Assembly: GCF_000143415.4 (NCBI RefSeq)
Contig: NW_003314305.1
Span: forward strand, 1,083,974 to 1,147,973
Reading direction: 5' to 3'
From: Selaginella moellendorffii
Lineage: Eukaryota; Plantae; Lycopodiophyta
DNA: 64,000 nucleotides
The notes below the pieces were generated by a model. It did no database searches, was not told the origin of the DNA, and saw only the letters and a program-made list of their open reading frames with translations. Position numbers and translations under genes: made by a program. Shown here piece after piece: positions 24,430 to 36,849 of this stretch; position 1 is the stretch's first letter; each line of letters begins with the position of its first letter.

Positions 24430-24640
24430 GTTTAATTTGCTGGATATTTTCTTCTTAAGACACTGTTAAGATCTGCAGGTTCTATTAGAACTTCTCCACT
24501 TGGCTTTGCTGGGATCAAGGTCTTGTTTAAGAATCCAGTTCCCGTGAAACACAAACTCAGCGCGCTGAGACTCGAAATGCTACCCGTTGCTGTCTCTTCT
24601 CTTTAAGAAAATCCATCACAAAGTTGGCAGAGTTTAAAGT
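24430..24640 (-). pseudogene. WWE + PARP-like gene, copy D (fragment of the catalytic exon)
   Basis: The reverse strand encodes EFVFHGNWILKQDLDPSKAK, with frameshifts nearby. Confidence 0.65.
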
Positions 24641-26964
24641 AAACAGCATATACCCAAACCTCGCTGAATGAATTTTGCATAGATTTCATGAGTCCAAGCT
24701 GTTTGGCAGGATTTTCTTGATGATGTGCTTAGAATAGTTTGCCTTACAGAAACGTGTAAGATGGCAGATCGTGGAGGCCTTGGCAGAGGGAAGAGTTAGG
24801 CATGCTCGAGCTTGTGTTTCAAGGGAGCGGGATTGAGAACATCTACCTTGAGCCAAGTGGTAATGGGTGAGCTCTGGATACAAGTGAAGTTTACAGAGGG
24901 TTTGGAAGAACTTAGTAATTAGTAACTAAAAATGTTACTAATGTTTTATATGTTAAAATTATATTTTAATTTTTTCTAAAACCGCTTGGCTTGTTTAATC
25001 TGATTTATTAATCCAATTAATCAAATGGAAGTATATAATTATAAACATGTTTATAATTTATAAACATTTATTGAATATCAACCATTAGATAGTAGAATAA
25101 CTAGAATATACTAGGAAGTGTTTAGGAAAGTTTGTTTATAATTTATAAATACAAGATTAATCTAGATTAATAACAACTGTTAGATGGTAGAATATTCTTG
25201 AATATTCAAGCATATTCTAGGTATATTCATTATCATCCACATGTTTATTTGCTTAAGAAAATTAAAAACTTACTCTAAACATTATTACTATAAACTTCTC
25301 ATAAATGACTTACTTATCAAATGCTTTCCCAGATATACCAGATATATAGTATTTAGAGAATCAAAAATTTTGCTAAAGAAAATTTCCTCTATTTTAAAAG
25401 AAAAATATTTTTAATATAATTATTTTGTAACTATAATTTGATAATGTTTTCTAAATTTAATATTTTTTTATTTTATTTTATTAACTTTTATTATAATTTT
25501 ATTAATATATTAAGTTTTATAAGTGCATGGAATACAGAAATATGCATATTAATTAACCTAAAAACTCTAACTTATATGCAAGAGCAATTAGTCCTGATTA
25601 AAACCAATCTGACAGCTATCAAAATCCCACTACACTAATATTAATATATAGCATCATAGCCATACACTTGGATATCACATCATCCCCTCCTTTTAGAATG
25701 ATGGAAAATAATTAAGATTCTTTAGTGGATGGGCTGAGATCTAGAGGAACAAGCATCAATGGATCTATAAGTGATATTAATTTTTCCTGATCCCTTTATA
25801 TAAAGCATTTCAACTATTGCATATGTATAATTAATGTAGTGCACTTTATTTCTTTCCGGGGAGAAAAACCAATTGAAAAAAGGGCAATTGCTTAATGAGA
25901 GAGCCCTTAGTGGCTATTTTATCCCCATTTATCTCCCAAGGTTCTAAAAATTCACGGTAACAATATATCCAAATTTCATCCCATGATCACATGCGCTACA
26001 GTTTCTAAAGGATCAGCCTATTGGACATCATGCCAAACCTCATAAACTTGTGGTTTAATTTGCCACAATACACGATATAGTCCTTTATAATGAGCAAAGA
26101 GCCCTTTAAACAAACCATGTGCCGTAAGATTAAGAAAATAAACTAACACTAAGTCATCCACTTTGTACTCCATAGGTGAATGATAATGAGAGTTGTAGCA
26201 TCATTATTATCCCACTTGTAAGTGGCCTAAGTGTTCAACAGACTCTACTTGGATTAGTGGAATAATGCTTCACAGATATTAATCCCAAGACTATTATTGG
26301 TAGCTCGTCCCTTTGAAGGTTCGAATGAGCCATTTCACCAAACTATCTGATTGTGAATGATAAACACTCGTGAAAGTGTGGCATATTCCCAATTGAGATG
26401 TTAAAACATGAAATGCCTTAGCCATAAATATAGAACCATTATCTGAAAGAGCTCACTTCGGACATAAATGCTAAAATACCACTCGATTAAGAAGGAAGTA
26501 TCTAACAGCAGTTGTAGATGTACTAGCAAGAGCATTAACTTCCACTTAGTGAGTTAAGTAACTAGAAGCAATAATGACATACTCGTTACCAATAGTCAAC
26601 TTTGAAGAAGGCCCCATCAGATTAAACGCCACTAACTCAAACATATGGGAAATTACAATTGATTTCAACTATCCTTCTACAAAATGAGAGGGAGTTTTAC
26701 AAGCTTGGAATTAAATGCAACTATGCACATATTGGATAACATCACATTGCATCTTCGGTCAATAGAGAGCTACATAACTTCTTAATCACACAATGATGTC
26801 CTATATGCCCACCTAGAACAGGAGAATTATGGTAGGCATAGAGAAAGCATGGAATAAATATCAAAAACACTATCAGCTGTAAATGATCATCAGGATTCAT
26901 CCCCACAAAATAAAAAATATCATCCTTAAGGTGATATTGAGAATGTAAATATTGAAATGGCAAG

Positions 26965-29900
26965 TGTCGTGCATGTGACTTCAGGTATCGAAAGTTACCT
27001 GTCGGCTAGTCCTTACGGACACTCTTACCTTACTGCCACGATGGCAGGAGGTCGGTATTGCTGGACCCGTTATCAGTCTCTGCCTAAGCTAGTTGAGAAA
27101 CTGGTCATCACATGTGCACTTAGACCGGAAGGGCACTAAGGAAGGAAATCTTAAGTTGTCATTTAGTCAAGCAGACTTGACACGGTGATGAGAAACTCAT
27201 GATGTTGGCTTGCACTTGCTAGTGTTGGGAACCCCCACGATATTGAGATTGGTCCCTCAATATCACTAGATGATAGCTTACCGTGTCTGCCAAACACCCT
27301 CGCTATCATGCCCTTTGTGTTAGTCTCATTTCGGTCCCAAATGGTATTTATGGAAAGTGTCCAGATTTGCTCATTTGGCATATCTACGGAATGTAGAGAT
27401 TGTCCTGAACACAATGGTGTTCGTCCCGTGTCCAAATTCACAATCTAGGGACATTCCATATTTAGTAAGTTTCGAGCTTGTCCCAGAGACTAACTCCTGA
27501 TACTAAGGGAGGCTTGGGGTGAAAGCCCAAAGCGTGTGTTCCTCAAGGGGGGNNNNNNNNNNNNNNNNNNNNNNNNNNNNNNNNNNNNNNNNNNNNNNNN
27601 NNNNNNNNNNNNNNNNNNNNNNNNNNNNNNNNNNNNNNNNNNNNNNNNNNNNGTATAGTAGGGATAGTGGGTAGGTCGGGCATGGCTGACCAACCTGAGG
27701 CATAGTCTAGCTCTTGCTTGCGTGCCTGTCCTTGTTCTGCGTCCGGCTTGGGTCTAAGCCCAAGTTCCATTCCATGCTAGTTGGTGGAGTACCCATATCC
27801 TCACGTTAGGCCACCGGTATGCCGAAATAGCGCCAGACTCCGTTTGGCTCCATTTTGCGTGCTAGTCCTGGCATTGGGATGCTGGTTACTCTAGGACTGT
27901 TCCAAGTCGCTCCGGGCTCCTGTCCCTTCGCTCCTTGGGCTTTATGCTCGGGAGTTGCTCCGTGGTTCGCGTTCCGTCACTCCTTGGCTCCATGCTTGGG
28001 AGTTTGGCACCGTTCTTTCATTCAGTGGCCCAAGGCTTTGAAAATCGGGTTTCACACCACTGTCCTTTGGATATGTGGTATGTGACACATGGCATCTATC
28101 ACATGGCANNNNNNNNNNNNNNNNNNNNNNNNNNNNNNNNNNNNNNNNNNNNNNNNNNNNNNNNNNNNNNNNNNNNNNNNNNNNNNNNNNNNNNNNNNNN
28201 NNNNNNNNNNNNNNNNNNNNNNNNNNNNNNNNNNNNNNNNNNNNNNNNNNNNNNNNNNNNNNNNNNNNNNNNNNNNNNNNNNNNNNNNNNNNNNNNNNNN
28301 NNNNNNNNNNNNNNNNNNNNNNNNNNNNNNNNNNNNNNNNNNNNNNNNNNNNNNNTATAATGTGAGCTTGCTCTTGGGCTCATAGGATGGATTTGAGATG
28401 TTTTGTTTGCACAAGTTTGAGCTTGGGCTCATGAGTAAGGCACATTAGCAACTCAAGGTTGCACTTTGAGGTTGCAGGATTAATGTTAGCCTATTGGTGG
28501 TTCCATGAGTTGTTCCATGTACTGTGGGTGAAAGCAAAACCTTTCCCTGAGTTTGCTATGAGTGGCAAATAGGTTGGTCCGTAGCTGTTTAGCATGGTAC
28601 TAGTGGATCCTTCCTAGGCATGATTACAAGTAGATCAACTAAGACTATAGGGATTAGTCTATTGGTTCAAGTAGTCATTGCCGTGCTCTCTCATAAACTT
28701 TTCTTGGATTGAACTGAAGGCAGTGCGAAAGTAAGCTTGAGGTTTAGTCAAAGATGAGACCGAAAAGAGAGTCATCGGGGACGAAGGATCAAACACGTAA
28801 ATCATTTTCTCTTGGAGAGATGATTTGCAACGAGGTGTTAACTCATTGCTTGTGTTCATATTATGCAATCAAGGGTCCTTACCTTGATGCATCTTGGAGA
28901 TGATGGTCTTACAAATGGTGAGTTATGGGATGGATAGTGGTGAAACACTATACCATTTTGTCTAGGCTTGCTATTGGAAGACTTGGGTTGCAATGTTCAA
29001 TTCTTTTCTGGAGAACCTTGCTATTGCTCCTTGAGTAGCTTGGTGTTGGATTAGTGTTGAGTTTGGTCGAAAAGAGAGTGGTATGAGTTTGTCCATGTTG
29101 TGAACAAAAGTTAGTGGTGCTGAGTGTTGTAAATCTCTATCGGTGGAGTGTGGCATTTATGTTGCATTTTGTCGAATCGAGTTTGCACTTGATACTCACA
29201 TAAACCTTTGAAGTAATGACATTGGCATTGCTCGTGATGTTGCTTAATTGATGATCAAGTCATTGTGATTTCTATATCATATCCATGTGATAATGAGCAA
29301 TGTGTTTACGAAGTTGCTGGTTAAACGATGATCAACCTCAAAGTGGTTGATAGTGATGCTAGTCTACTTGCACGAAGTAGCATTGTAGTAGCTTTGACTG
29401 AATTCTCGATAGTGGTCCATTATGCTAAGCTTAAGTTGGTATGTTGTTCCTTTGAGAGTTGGCCCATAAGGTGTTGGAAAGGGATATAGCATTCACTTGC
29501 TATAACTTGTTGGTTTATCCGTTAATACTTGGAGTAGATTGTTGGATAGAGAAGGTGTGAAGTTAAAGCATTGACATTGCTAGCACTTGTGTTAGTGGAA
29601 GTGGCATTGTTGTTCGAGTGATGAGGAATTTTCCTTAAAGCTTGATTTTCCATGTCATTTTTCTTGTTAGTGTTTTGGCTTCACATTGGATCTTGAAGGT
29701 GATTGAAGAAGTGTAGCGCACCTGAATTTGGAGCCGAACTCCAAGCCTGTTGCGCTACGAAACGAGGGTCCGGTGCAATCCCACGAGCACCAGCTCCCCG
29801 TGGCTGACAAGCATCTTTCGATACCCGAAGTCACATTCGCGACAAGAAGAGTGTTAGTGCAATGTGGATATCCAAAGATGTGGCCTTCGTGATCAAGCTT

Positions 29901-32900
29901 TAAATGTTCATTTTGCATTTTGTAGATGTCGGTGTTGGATGTCGAAAGAATGGGCAAAAAGATGTTCAAGGCTTAAGCATACTATGGGTCATGAGAATTG
30001 ATGTTGAGGTGAACCTATGTGAAGTTGTTAGTAGAAAGAAGTTGGTTGAGTCTTGAAAGTTTGTATTCCTGGACTGAGAGTCATTCTTTCTCTAGGATGG
30101 AAAATTTTTCACAAATTTTCTTAGACTTTTCCAATGGCTGATCTGTTATCACTTTGTCCAAAAACCATTCCGTTTTCGTAAGCCAGTACAAACTAGTGAA
30201 GGGGTTGGAGTTAACTTCGGTTGGCTTACACCTTAGTAGGTAGTTTGTATGATGCAACCCGAAAGGGATGCTGACTTTTGGGGCTAAGGCAATTGAGTTG
30301 GATAGAGTCTGGAGTTAATGTAGAAAAGTGGCCATTGCACTTTTCTAGAAAGGTGACCCTTGTGCCTTTCTTTTGTAGCGTTATGCTTGGTGGCAGGTTG
30401 CACTTTGCATTTTGTTAAGACTCTATGAGAGTAGTGAGCTCTCACTGATCTTGACTTAGTCTTGGTAGCTTTGCACCTTGACTGAGAATAATGATGTCCA
30501 ACTTAGTTGTTTGAGTTTGAGATGTTGGTACCCATACTGTAGCTTTGTCTATGAGGAGGTTGTGTACCGATATGGATCCATCTCATGGTCTTCACTTTAG
30601 TTTCAGCTAAGTGTTGATCATGCATAGCTAGCCTCTTCAAGGCATGCTCAGAGCTAGTGACTAAATGCATTGGTGAGCTTGTCGCGGTTGAGTTGGATTC
30701 GAGTGGTCATTTAGTTCGTGCTTGTCTATGAAACTTTATCTCGTACCTGAGGTATCACGTTCATGTTGGACAAGTGTATGACTAAATGACGTGAGTTTAG
30801 TGTTTCGATCTCGTGAAAGCAAGTTGAAAAAGTGATGGTTAGTAGATTTGCGACTAATGATTGCTTGTAGACTTCATCGAGCATTGTTTAACACTTGCTT
30901 CGCTCGATGAAGATTTAGCACTGATAGGTTTACTTTACCGGATGGTGTTGCGGAGGATCGTGTTGTTAGACTTACATGGGTTTTCCATGTTGGCATGTCA
31001 ACTCTACCTCTGTCGATGTCATTTGGTTGCATTTAGCCCATAGTGTTGGATTTCATTGAGTCTTGGATGTGGTGATTCACTCCTTGAGGAAGTGTTATCT
31101 GTATCTGAGTAATGTTGAAGGGTTGGTCTCGGTTACTAACTAAAGTATCTTCGACCTTGGTTAGCTTAGTTGCTAGAGAGCTTTGAGTGGTGATTCATTC
31201 GTGCTTTCTTCTAGCTTTGTTCTAGTGTTGATGGTATTGAAGTGATGCCTTATCGTTGACATTGTTGATGTTGAGATTTCAGTGAAATGAGATGTCTCTC
31301 TACAAGATTGATGTCGAGTTTCGTTAGTCTTGATGAAGATAGTGTTGATGATTTGGCTATAGCTCTGTATTATTAGCATTCGCGCATTTGCTAGATAGCA
31401 ACTGTATTGACGTTCAAATGAACTGAGTGGCAAGTTGAGTTAGTTATGTTCTAGACGAGATTAGTAGGGGTTGAGCTTTGAGCTTTTCCTTGAAAAGTGA
31501 TTTAATCATGGACTATACTAACTCTACAAATGGGAGAGTTAGTGATTGATATTGGAATATTTGAATCCTTATGGGATTTTAGTTGAAATATATTGATCAT
31601 TGATGATTCTTCTTGTGCTTGTTATGAAGTGAGTTACGTCTTGCTATAGATGGATTCATGGAGGATTGTTTAGTGATCACTTGTCGAGCATAGCTCCGTT
31701 ATGCTTAGCTTTTGGATTGATGCAGACATGCTCTTCATTAGCTTTGCATTATGAAGTTTAGCTTATAGATGTGTTGAAGAAGATATTGTGGGTTGTACCA
31801 TTTCTTCTTTAGCATTGACGTTAGTCCATGCGAGACTCGTGATCATTATTAGGCAAGACTTGGCTATAGACTTCTTCAAGTTTTTGGTTCTTTGAGTTTT
31901 CATGCTCATTGTTCCATTTGTTAGGAGTTGTTGGGGGAAGGCATTTTGGCTCATTAGCTTCGATGTTGACGTTAGTATTTGCATCTAGCAATCATTGGTG
32001 ATGATTGACTATCATCTAAGATAGTTGATTATCCTTGTCAAGGGTTTTGCTTGATTATTGTTGGTATAGAATGATTTGCTGTTCTTCGAGATGGTAGATT
32101 CTTTCTTCGATGATGATTATGCATTTCTTTATTGATAGGATGATTGATGATCTTTCATGATGATTAGTTGTTCTCTTTGATGGCTTTTGGCTTTTCGCAA
32201 TACCACATGTTCTTTGTGGTTTGCTCTGGATTGGTCTCTTGGGTTTGAGATATCAGTAGGATGTTGTTGACACTTGCTTAGGCAACTTGAGTTCCTTAGT
32301 ATTGTTGGCTAGGATATATTCAGATTGGCTTTTGTGATAGTTGGTAGGAATGAGTGTTTGTTGGTCTTACCACATTCATTCTCTTCTGTTGATTGTTGCT
32401 CGAGTTAGTTTTGATAGATTTGGATGTTATTTCCTTTGGGTAATAAATTCGCGAGTATTTTGCTTGTCAGTCAATGATACTTTGTGTTCTTTAAGTTATC
32501 TTTTGTAAGTTGTTTAGCATACTATCTGCCATCTTCAGTAGTTAAGTTTTGTCATCGAGTTTTCTCAATGATGCGCTTGCTATTGAGTTTTGTTAGATGG
32601 TGATTCCTATGTTTCCCAATTATGATGATCTTGGTGGTTCCTATACTATAATACTAGTTTATCGGATGATAACTTACTTGGAATACTTTTGTGTTCTAAT
32701 ATAAGATATACTCACTGATAATTAAGACTCTAAGATATCATTGTTTATGACTTTGATATTGTCCATTTATTGATCTTTGAGTTTGGGCCAGTATAGGCAG
32801 ACTGGCTTTGGCACTTCGTGTGCATGTTGAAATCTCTAGTCATGGGGTAGCTACTGTCGACTGGTCACATAACCCGCCTCTCTGTCGATGTTCTTTATTC

Positions 32901-34462
32901 CGTTGAAAGGGCGTGACCGTGTAAACAACTCTAATTGCCTGTTTACAGTAGTCTATCTAAACCTTACCGACGGGTTTGGTTTCTTTGCTCATGAGGGTTG
33001 GGGCCTTTGGCTTCTCTCTCTATGTCCTTGCGGGCAGGGGCGTATCACACTTTTGTAAGCTGGGTGACTCCCAGAGCAGCAAGGGTGGCTGACTTCATTG
33101 GTCATTTCCTTGTCGGCGACGGCCGGAAGGTGTCTGAGCTGGTAGCGCATCCGCGTTAGACAAAGAGGTTGCCCCCTAACTCATTTAAGTTGGTGCATTT
33201 CTCACATAGTGTGAGTACCGTGAACTTTTTCTGGAGTTGTTTCCTTGGCGGTATTCTAGACTCGAGTATGCATCGACGAGGACGTCGATCTTCCCTAGGG
33301 GGGGAGAGTGTCGTGCATGTGACTTCAGGTATCGAAAGTTACCTGTCGGCTAATCCTTACGGACACTCTTACCTTACTGCCACGATGGCAGGAGGTCGGT
33401 ATTGCTGGACCCGTTATCAGTCTCCGCCTAAGCTAGTTGAGAAACTGGTCATCACATGTGCACTTAGACCGGAAGGGCACTAAGGAAGGAAATCCTAAGT
33501 TGTCATTTAGTCAAGCAGACTTGACACGGTGATGAGAAACTCATGATGTTGGCTTGCACTTGCTAGTGTTGGGAACCCCCGCGATATTGAGATTGGTCCC
33601 TCAATATTGCTAGATGATAGCTTACCGTGTCTGCCAAACACCCTCGCTATCATGCCCTTTGTGTTAGTCTCGCTTCGGTCCCAAGTGCTATTTATGGAAA
33701 GTGTCCAGATTTGCTCATTTGGCATATCTACGGAATGTAGAGATCGTCCTGAACATAATGGTGTTCGTCCCGTGTCCAAATTCGCAATCTAGGGACATTC
33801 CATATTTAGNNNNNNNNNNNNNNNNNNNNNNNNNNNNNNNNNNNNNNNNNNNNNNNNNNNNNNNNNNNNNNNNNNNNNNNNNNNNNNNNNNNNNNNNNNN
33901 NNNNNNNNNNNNNNNNNNNNNNNNNNNNNNNNNNNNNNNNNNNNNNNNNNNNNNNNNNNNNNNNNNNNNNNNNNNNNNNNNNNNNNNNNNNNNNNNNNNN
34001 NNNNNNNNNNNNNNNNNNNNNNNNNNNNNNNNNNNNNNNNNNNNNNNNNNGTTGGTGGAGTACCTATATCCTCACGTTAGGCCACCGGTATGCCGAAATA
34101 GTGCCAGACTCCGTTTGGCTCCATTTTGCGTGCTAGTCCTGGCATTGGGACGCTGGTTACTCTAGGACTGTTCCAAGTTGCTCCGGGCTCCTGTCCCTTC
34201 GCTCCTTGGGCTTTATGCTCGGGAGTTGCTCTGTGGTTCGGTTTCGTCACTCCTTGGCTCCATGCTTGGGAGTTTGGCACCGTTCCTTTGTTCAGTGGCC
34301 CAAGGCCCTGAACCTCGGGTTCCTATGGACACGTGGCATGGACACGTGGCATGTGACACGTGGCATCTGTCACGTGGCATAAAGAGGGTTTAGGTTCCAC
34401 TTCGTGGTGTTATCCTATGGTGAAACACCATAGGATAAAGGGTCAAAACCACATGTGTTACA
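26965..34462 (+). mobile_element. Non-autonomous LTR retrotransposon (LARD-like); LTRs 26965 to about 28120 (ending in a gap) and 33309-34462; TSD GCAAG
   Basis: TG...CA ends, GCAAG at 26960-26964 and 34463-34467, PPT AGGGGGGGAGAG before the 3' LTR, near-identical LTRs, and no long internal ORF. Confidence 0.9.
29712..29844 (-). mobile_element. 133-bp miniature solo-LTR-like insertion; TSD AGAAG
   Basis: Reverse complement TGTCGCGAATGTGACTTCGGGTATCGAAAG...GGCTCCAAATTCAGGTGCGCTACA. AGAAG at 29707-29711 and 29845-29849. Both ends match the LTR at 49549-50343. Confidence 0.85.
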
Positions 34463-35459
34463 GCAAGTCACTAGTAAGTGATATAGGATTCTCAAACCCA
34501 ACGCAAAGTTTTTAGATCCACAACTTAACCTTATGGACATGGAATATCAAATACAGCAACTACCAATGGCACAAAATATTTGTCCAAAAAATCCACAGAT
34601 GCTAAAACAAGTTTGTTAGAAACATAAGAAGAGAGCAAAGAAGGAAAATGAGCTCGAGAAAGGGCATCAACATCAACTATAAAACCCCTTAGGTGATGAA
34701 CAACATCGAAATCATATATCTGAAGTTTTAAAGCCCACCAAACAGTATGACTAACTACGTTCTTCCACTTTAATAACAAAGTAATTGCAGCATGATCATC
34801 TTTTAGTAATGTTTGAAAACCATGTAGATATACATAAAATTTCTCAAAACCCCAACTAAATACTCATTCTTTATCGTGGAGTAGTTCACCTTTGCTGGTT
34901 GTAATATGCAGTGATATATGCAATGGGATGGCATTGACTAGGCACACTTAAACTCTTTTACATCAACACATGTTTAAGACTGATATCAAAAGCATCCACA
35001 CGCAAAATGAAACGTTGAATATAATAGGATATGCCAAAACTAGAAAAGTCGTCAATAACTTTTTGAGATCCATAAATACTTGTTCACAGTTCATAAACTA
35101 GATGAAAAACATTATTAACAACTTCAACAATATTTGCAATTGTGTAATATGATCAGAAAGAGCCACAACATTCCCAACTTAATTCACTTTACCATATTTG
35201 GCAAACAAGAGGCTTTGGAAACAAATGCTAAACTGCATCACTAACTTAAATAGCCCTTAATGAAGATGATGCAATTGCTAGAAAGCATCATCACAATTGT
35301 CAACATATTTAAATGTATATTTGAAGACTTCCAGGAGAATACTCTAATCCGCACAAATGGCTGCACTTAGACCATTGTACAACTGCAATGCCATCCCTTT
35401 GAGACACATGGGAAACTTATACAAACACCATGCATTATCCCAGGAATGATATGTGGCAA

Positions 35460-36660
35460 TCACTGTAAACAATAGTACACATCATCCCTAGGATTTCTAC
35501 AGAAGAATTTTAGCCAAACATGAAGTTGGTAGCAAGAGCAAGAGGAATTGTACCACATGCCATGAATGTCACCATCAATTGAGTTTGATTGTTTAATTGC
35601 AACCACATAGCATTGAGCAATTGTCACCATAGTGGCCACTATGAGATGGGTTGCATAACCACTCTCCTCTGTGCAGGCATGTATGGTCTTGCCCTCTTCC
35701 AATGTGGAGCACAAATCCAACAGATTCACAAAAGTGGCGCTGTCCGGGGAGATTCCATTGAGATCCATTAGCCAGAAGCAATCCAGGGCTTGGCAATGGA
35801 ATCCACTTCACCCAAATGCGACCATCATGATGTTCCAGGAGATGTGATTGCGCGTGGGCATGGAAAAAAACTAGCGATTTGGCATCGCTGAGGTTCTTGC
35901 CCACCAGATACGGGATTCCAGGCTGTAATCTCATCACTCTTAGGGGGTCAAATATCCACTTGGCATTGCCCAGGCTGCCACACCAGCCATACGCGTTTAC
36001 AAGTGCCATACACACCTTGTAGTCGCCCATACACCCAAGAGTCAGCGCTGCATCGTACAGTGTGTCTGCCAGCCGCAGCTCCCCGACCATGCTGCATGCG
36101 TCCAGTGCAGAGATGAGTGACACGTGGTTGGGTGTGACGCCGTCGATGTCCATGGACTCGAAGAGATCGACGGTCTGGGTGTCGTGCCTGCTCTGGGCAT
36201 ATGCTGCTAGCATGGCGTTCCATGACACAATGTCTTGCTGCTCCATCCCATCAAACAAGGCCTTGACACACTGGAGATGCCCGTTCTGGGAATATGCCGT
36301 GACCATTGTGTTATACGTCACCATGGTCCTTTGTGGCGACTCCTTGGCCTCCTCCAGACGGTTCTGGGCATATGCCATGATCATGATATTCCAGGAATAA
36401 ACGTTCCTCCTCTCACCCAGGGAGTCGAATATTCCCCTCGCGGCATGGAGGTGGCCGCATTTCCCGTACAGCTGGGTGAGGAGATTGCAAAGGTAGGAGC
36501 TCTGTCCGTCCTCTCCCTTGGAGATGAGGGTGTGGAGGTCGCGGCCCTCAGTGAGAGCTTTGAATTCGACGCATTTCCGGAGGAGAGAAGCGTAATCGTT
36601 GTCATCTAGATGCTGGTGATCGACCTAGAGATGCTGGATGACCTCTTTCAATCGTAATCG
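35460..36660 (-). pseudogene. PLS-class pentatricopeptide repeat (PPR) pseudogene
   Basis: PPR motifs (VTYNTMVTAYSQNGHL, DIVSWNAMLAAYAQ, GVTPNHVSLISALDACS, GISPDSATFVNLLDLC) are spread over shifted frames and truncated next to the gypsy relic. Confidence 0.85.
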
Positions 36661-36849
36661 ATTTGGAATCAGACAAAGGATTTGCCAGGCTGAGTTGAAG
36701 AATCACAAAAAGAAGAAGAAGACTTCGTAGTTGAGTAGCAAGAACTCGTAGCATCCCACATTACAATAATTTAGCTTCTCCTTAAATTTATATTCTGATA
36801 ATCCGCTACTCTAAACATATACTCAAATACAAACAGAAAATATTATTCA

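Larger units (their letters stand above)
25515..35450 (-). mobile_element. Degraded Ty3/gypsy retrotransposon split by a younger element at 26965-34462
   Basis: RNase H remnant (WALKLQIYDFDVVH...DALSR, 34531-34779), integrase zinc-finger remnant (YHNSPVLGGHIG, about 26.8 kb), and a polypurine tract at 25681-25694 next to a short LTR starting at 25679. Confidence 0.75.

Noticed and set aside
27490-34165. ORFs containing long X runs
   Set aside because: Artefacts of N gaps in the assembly.
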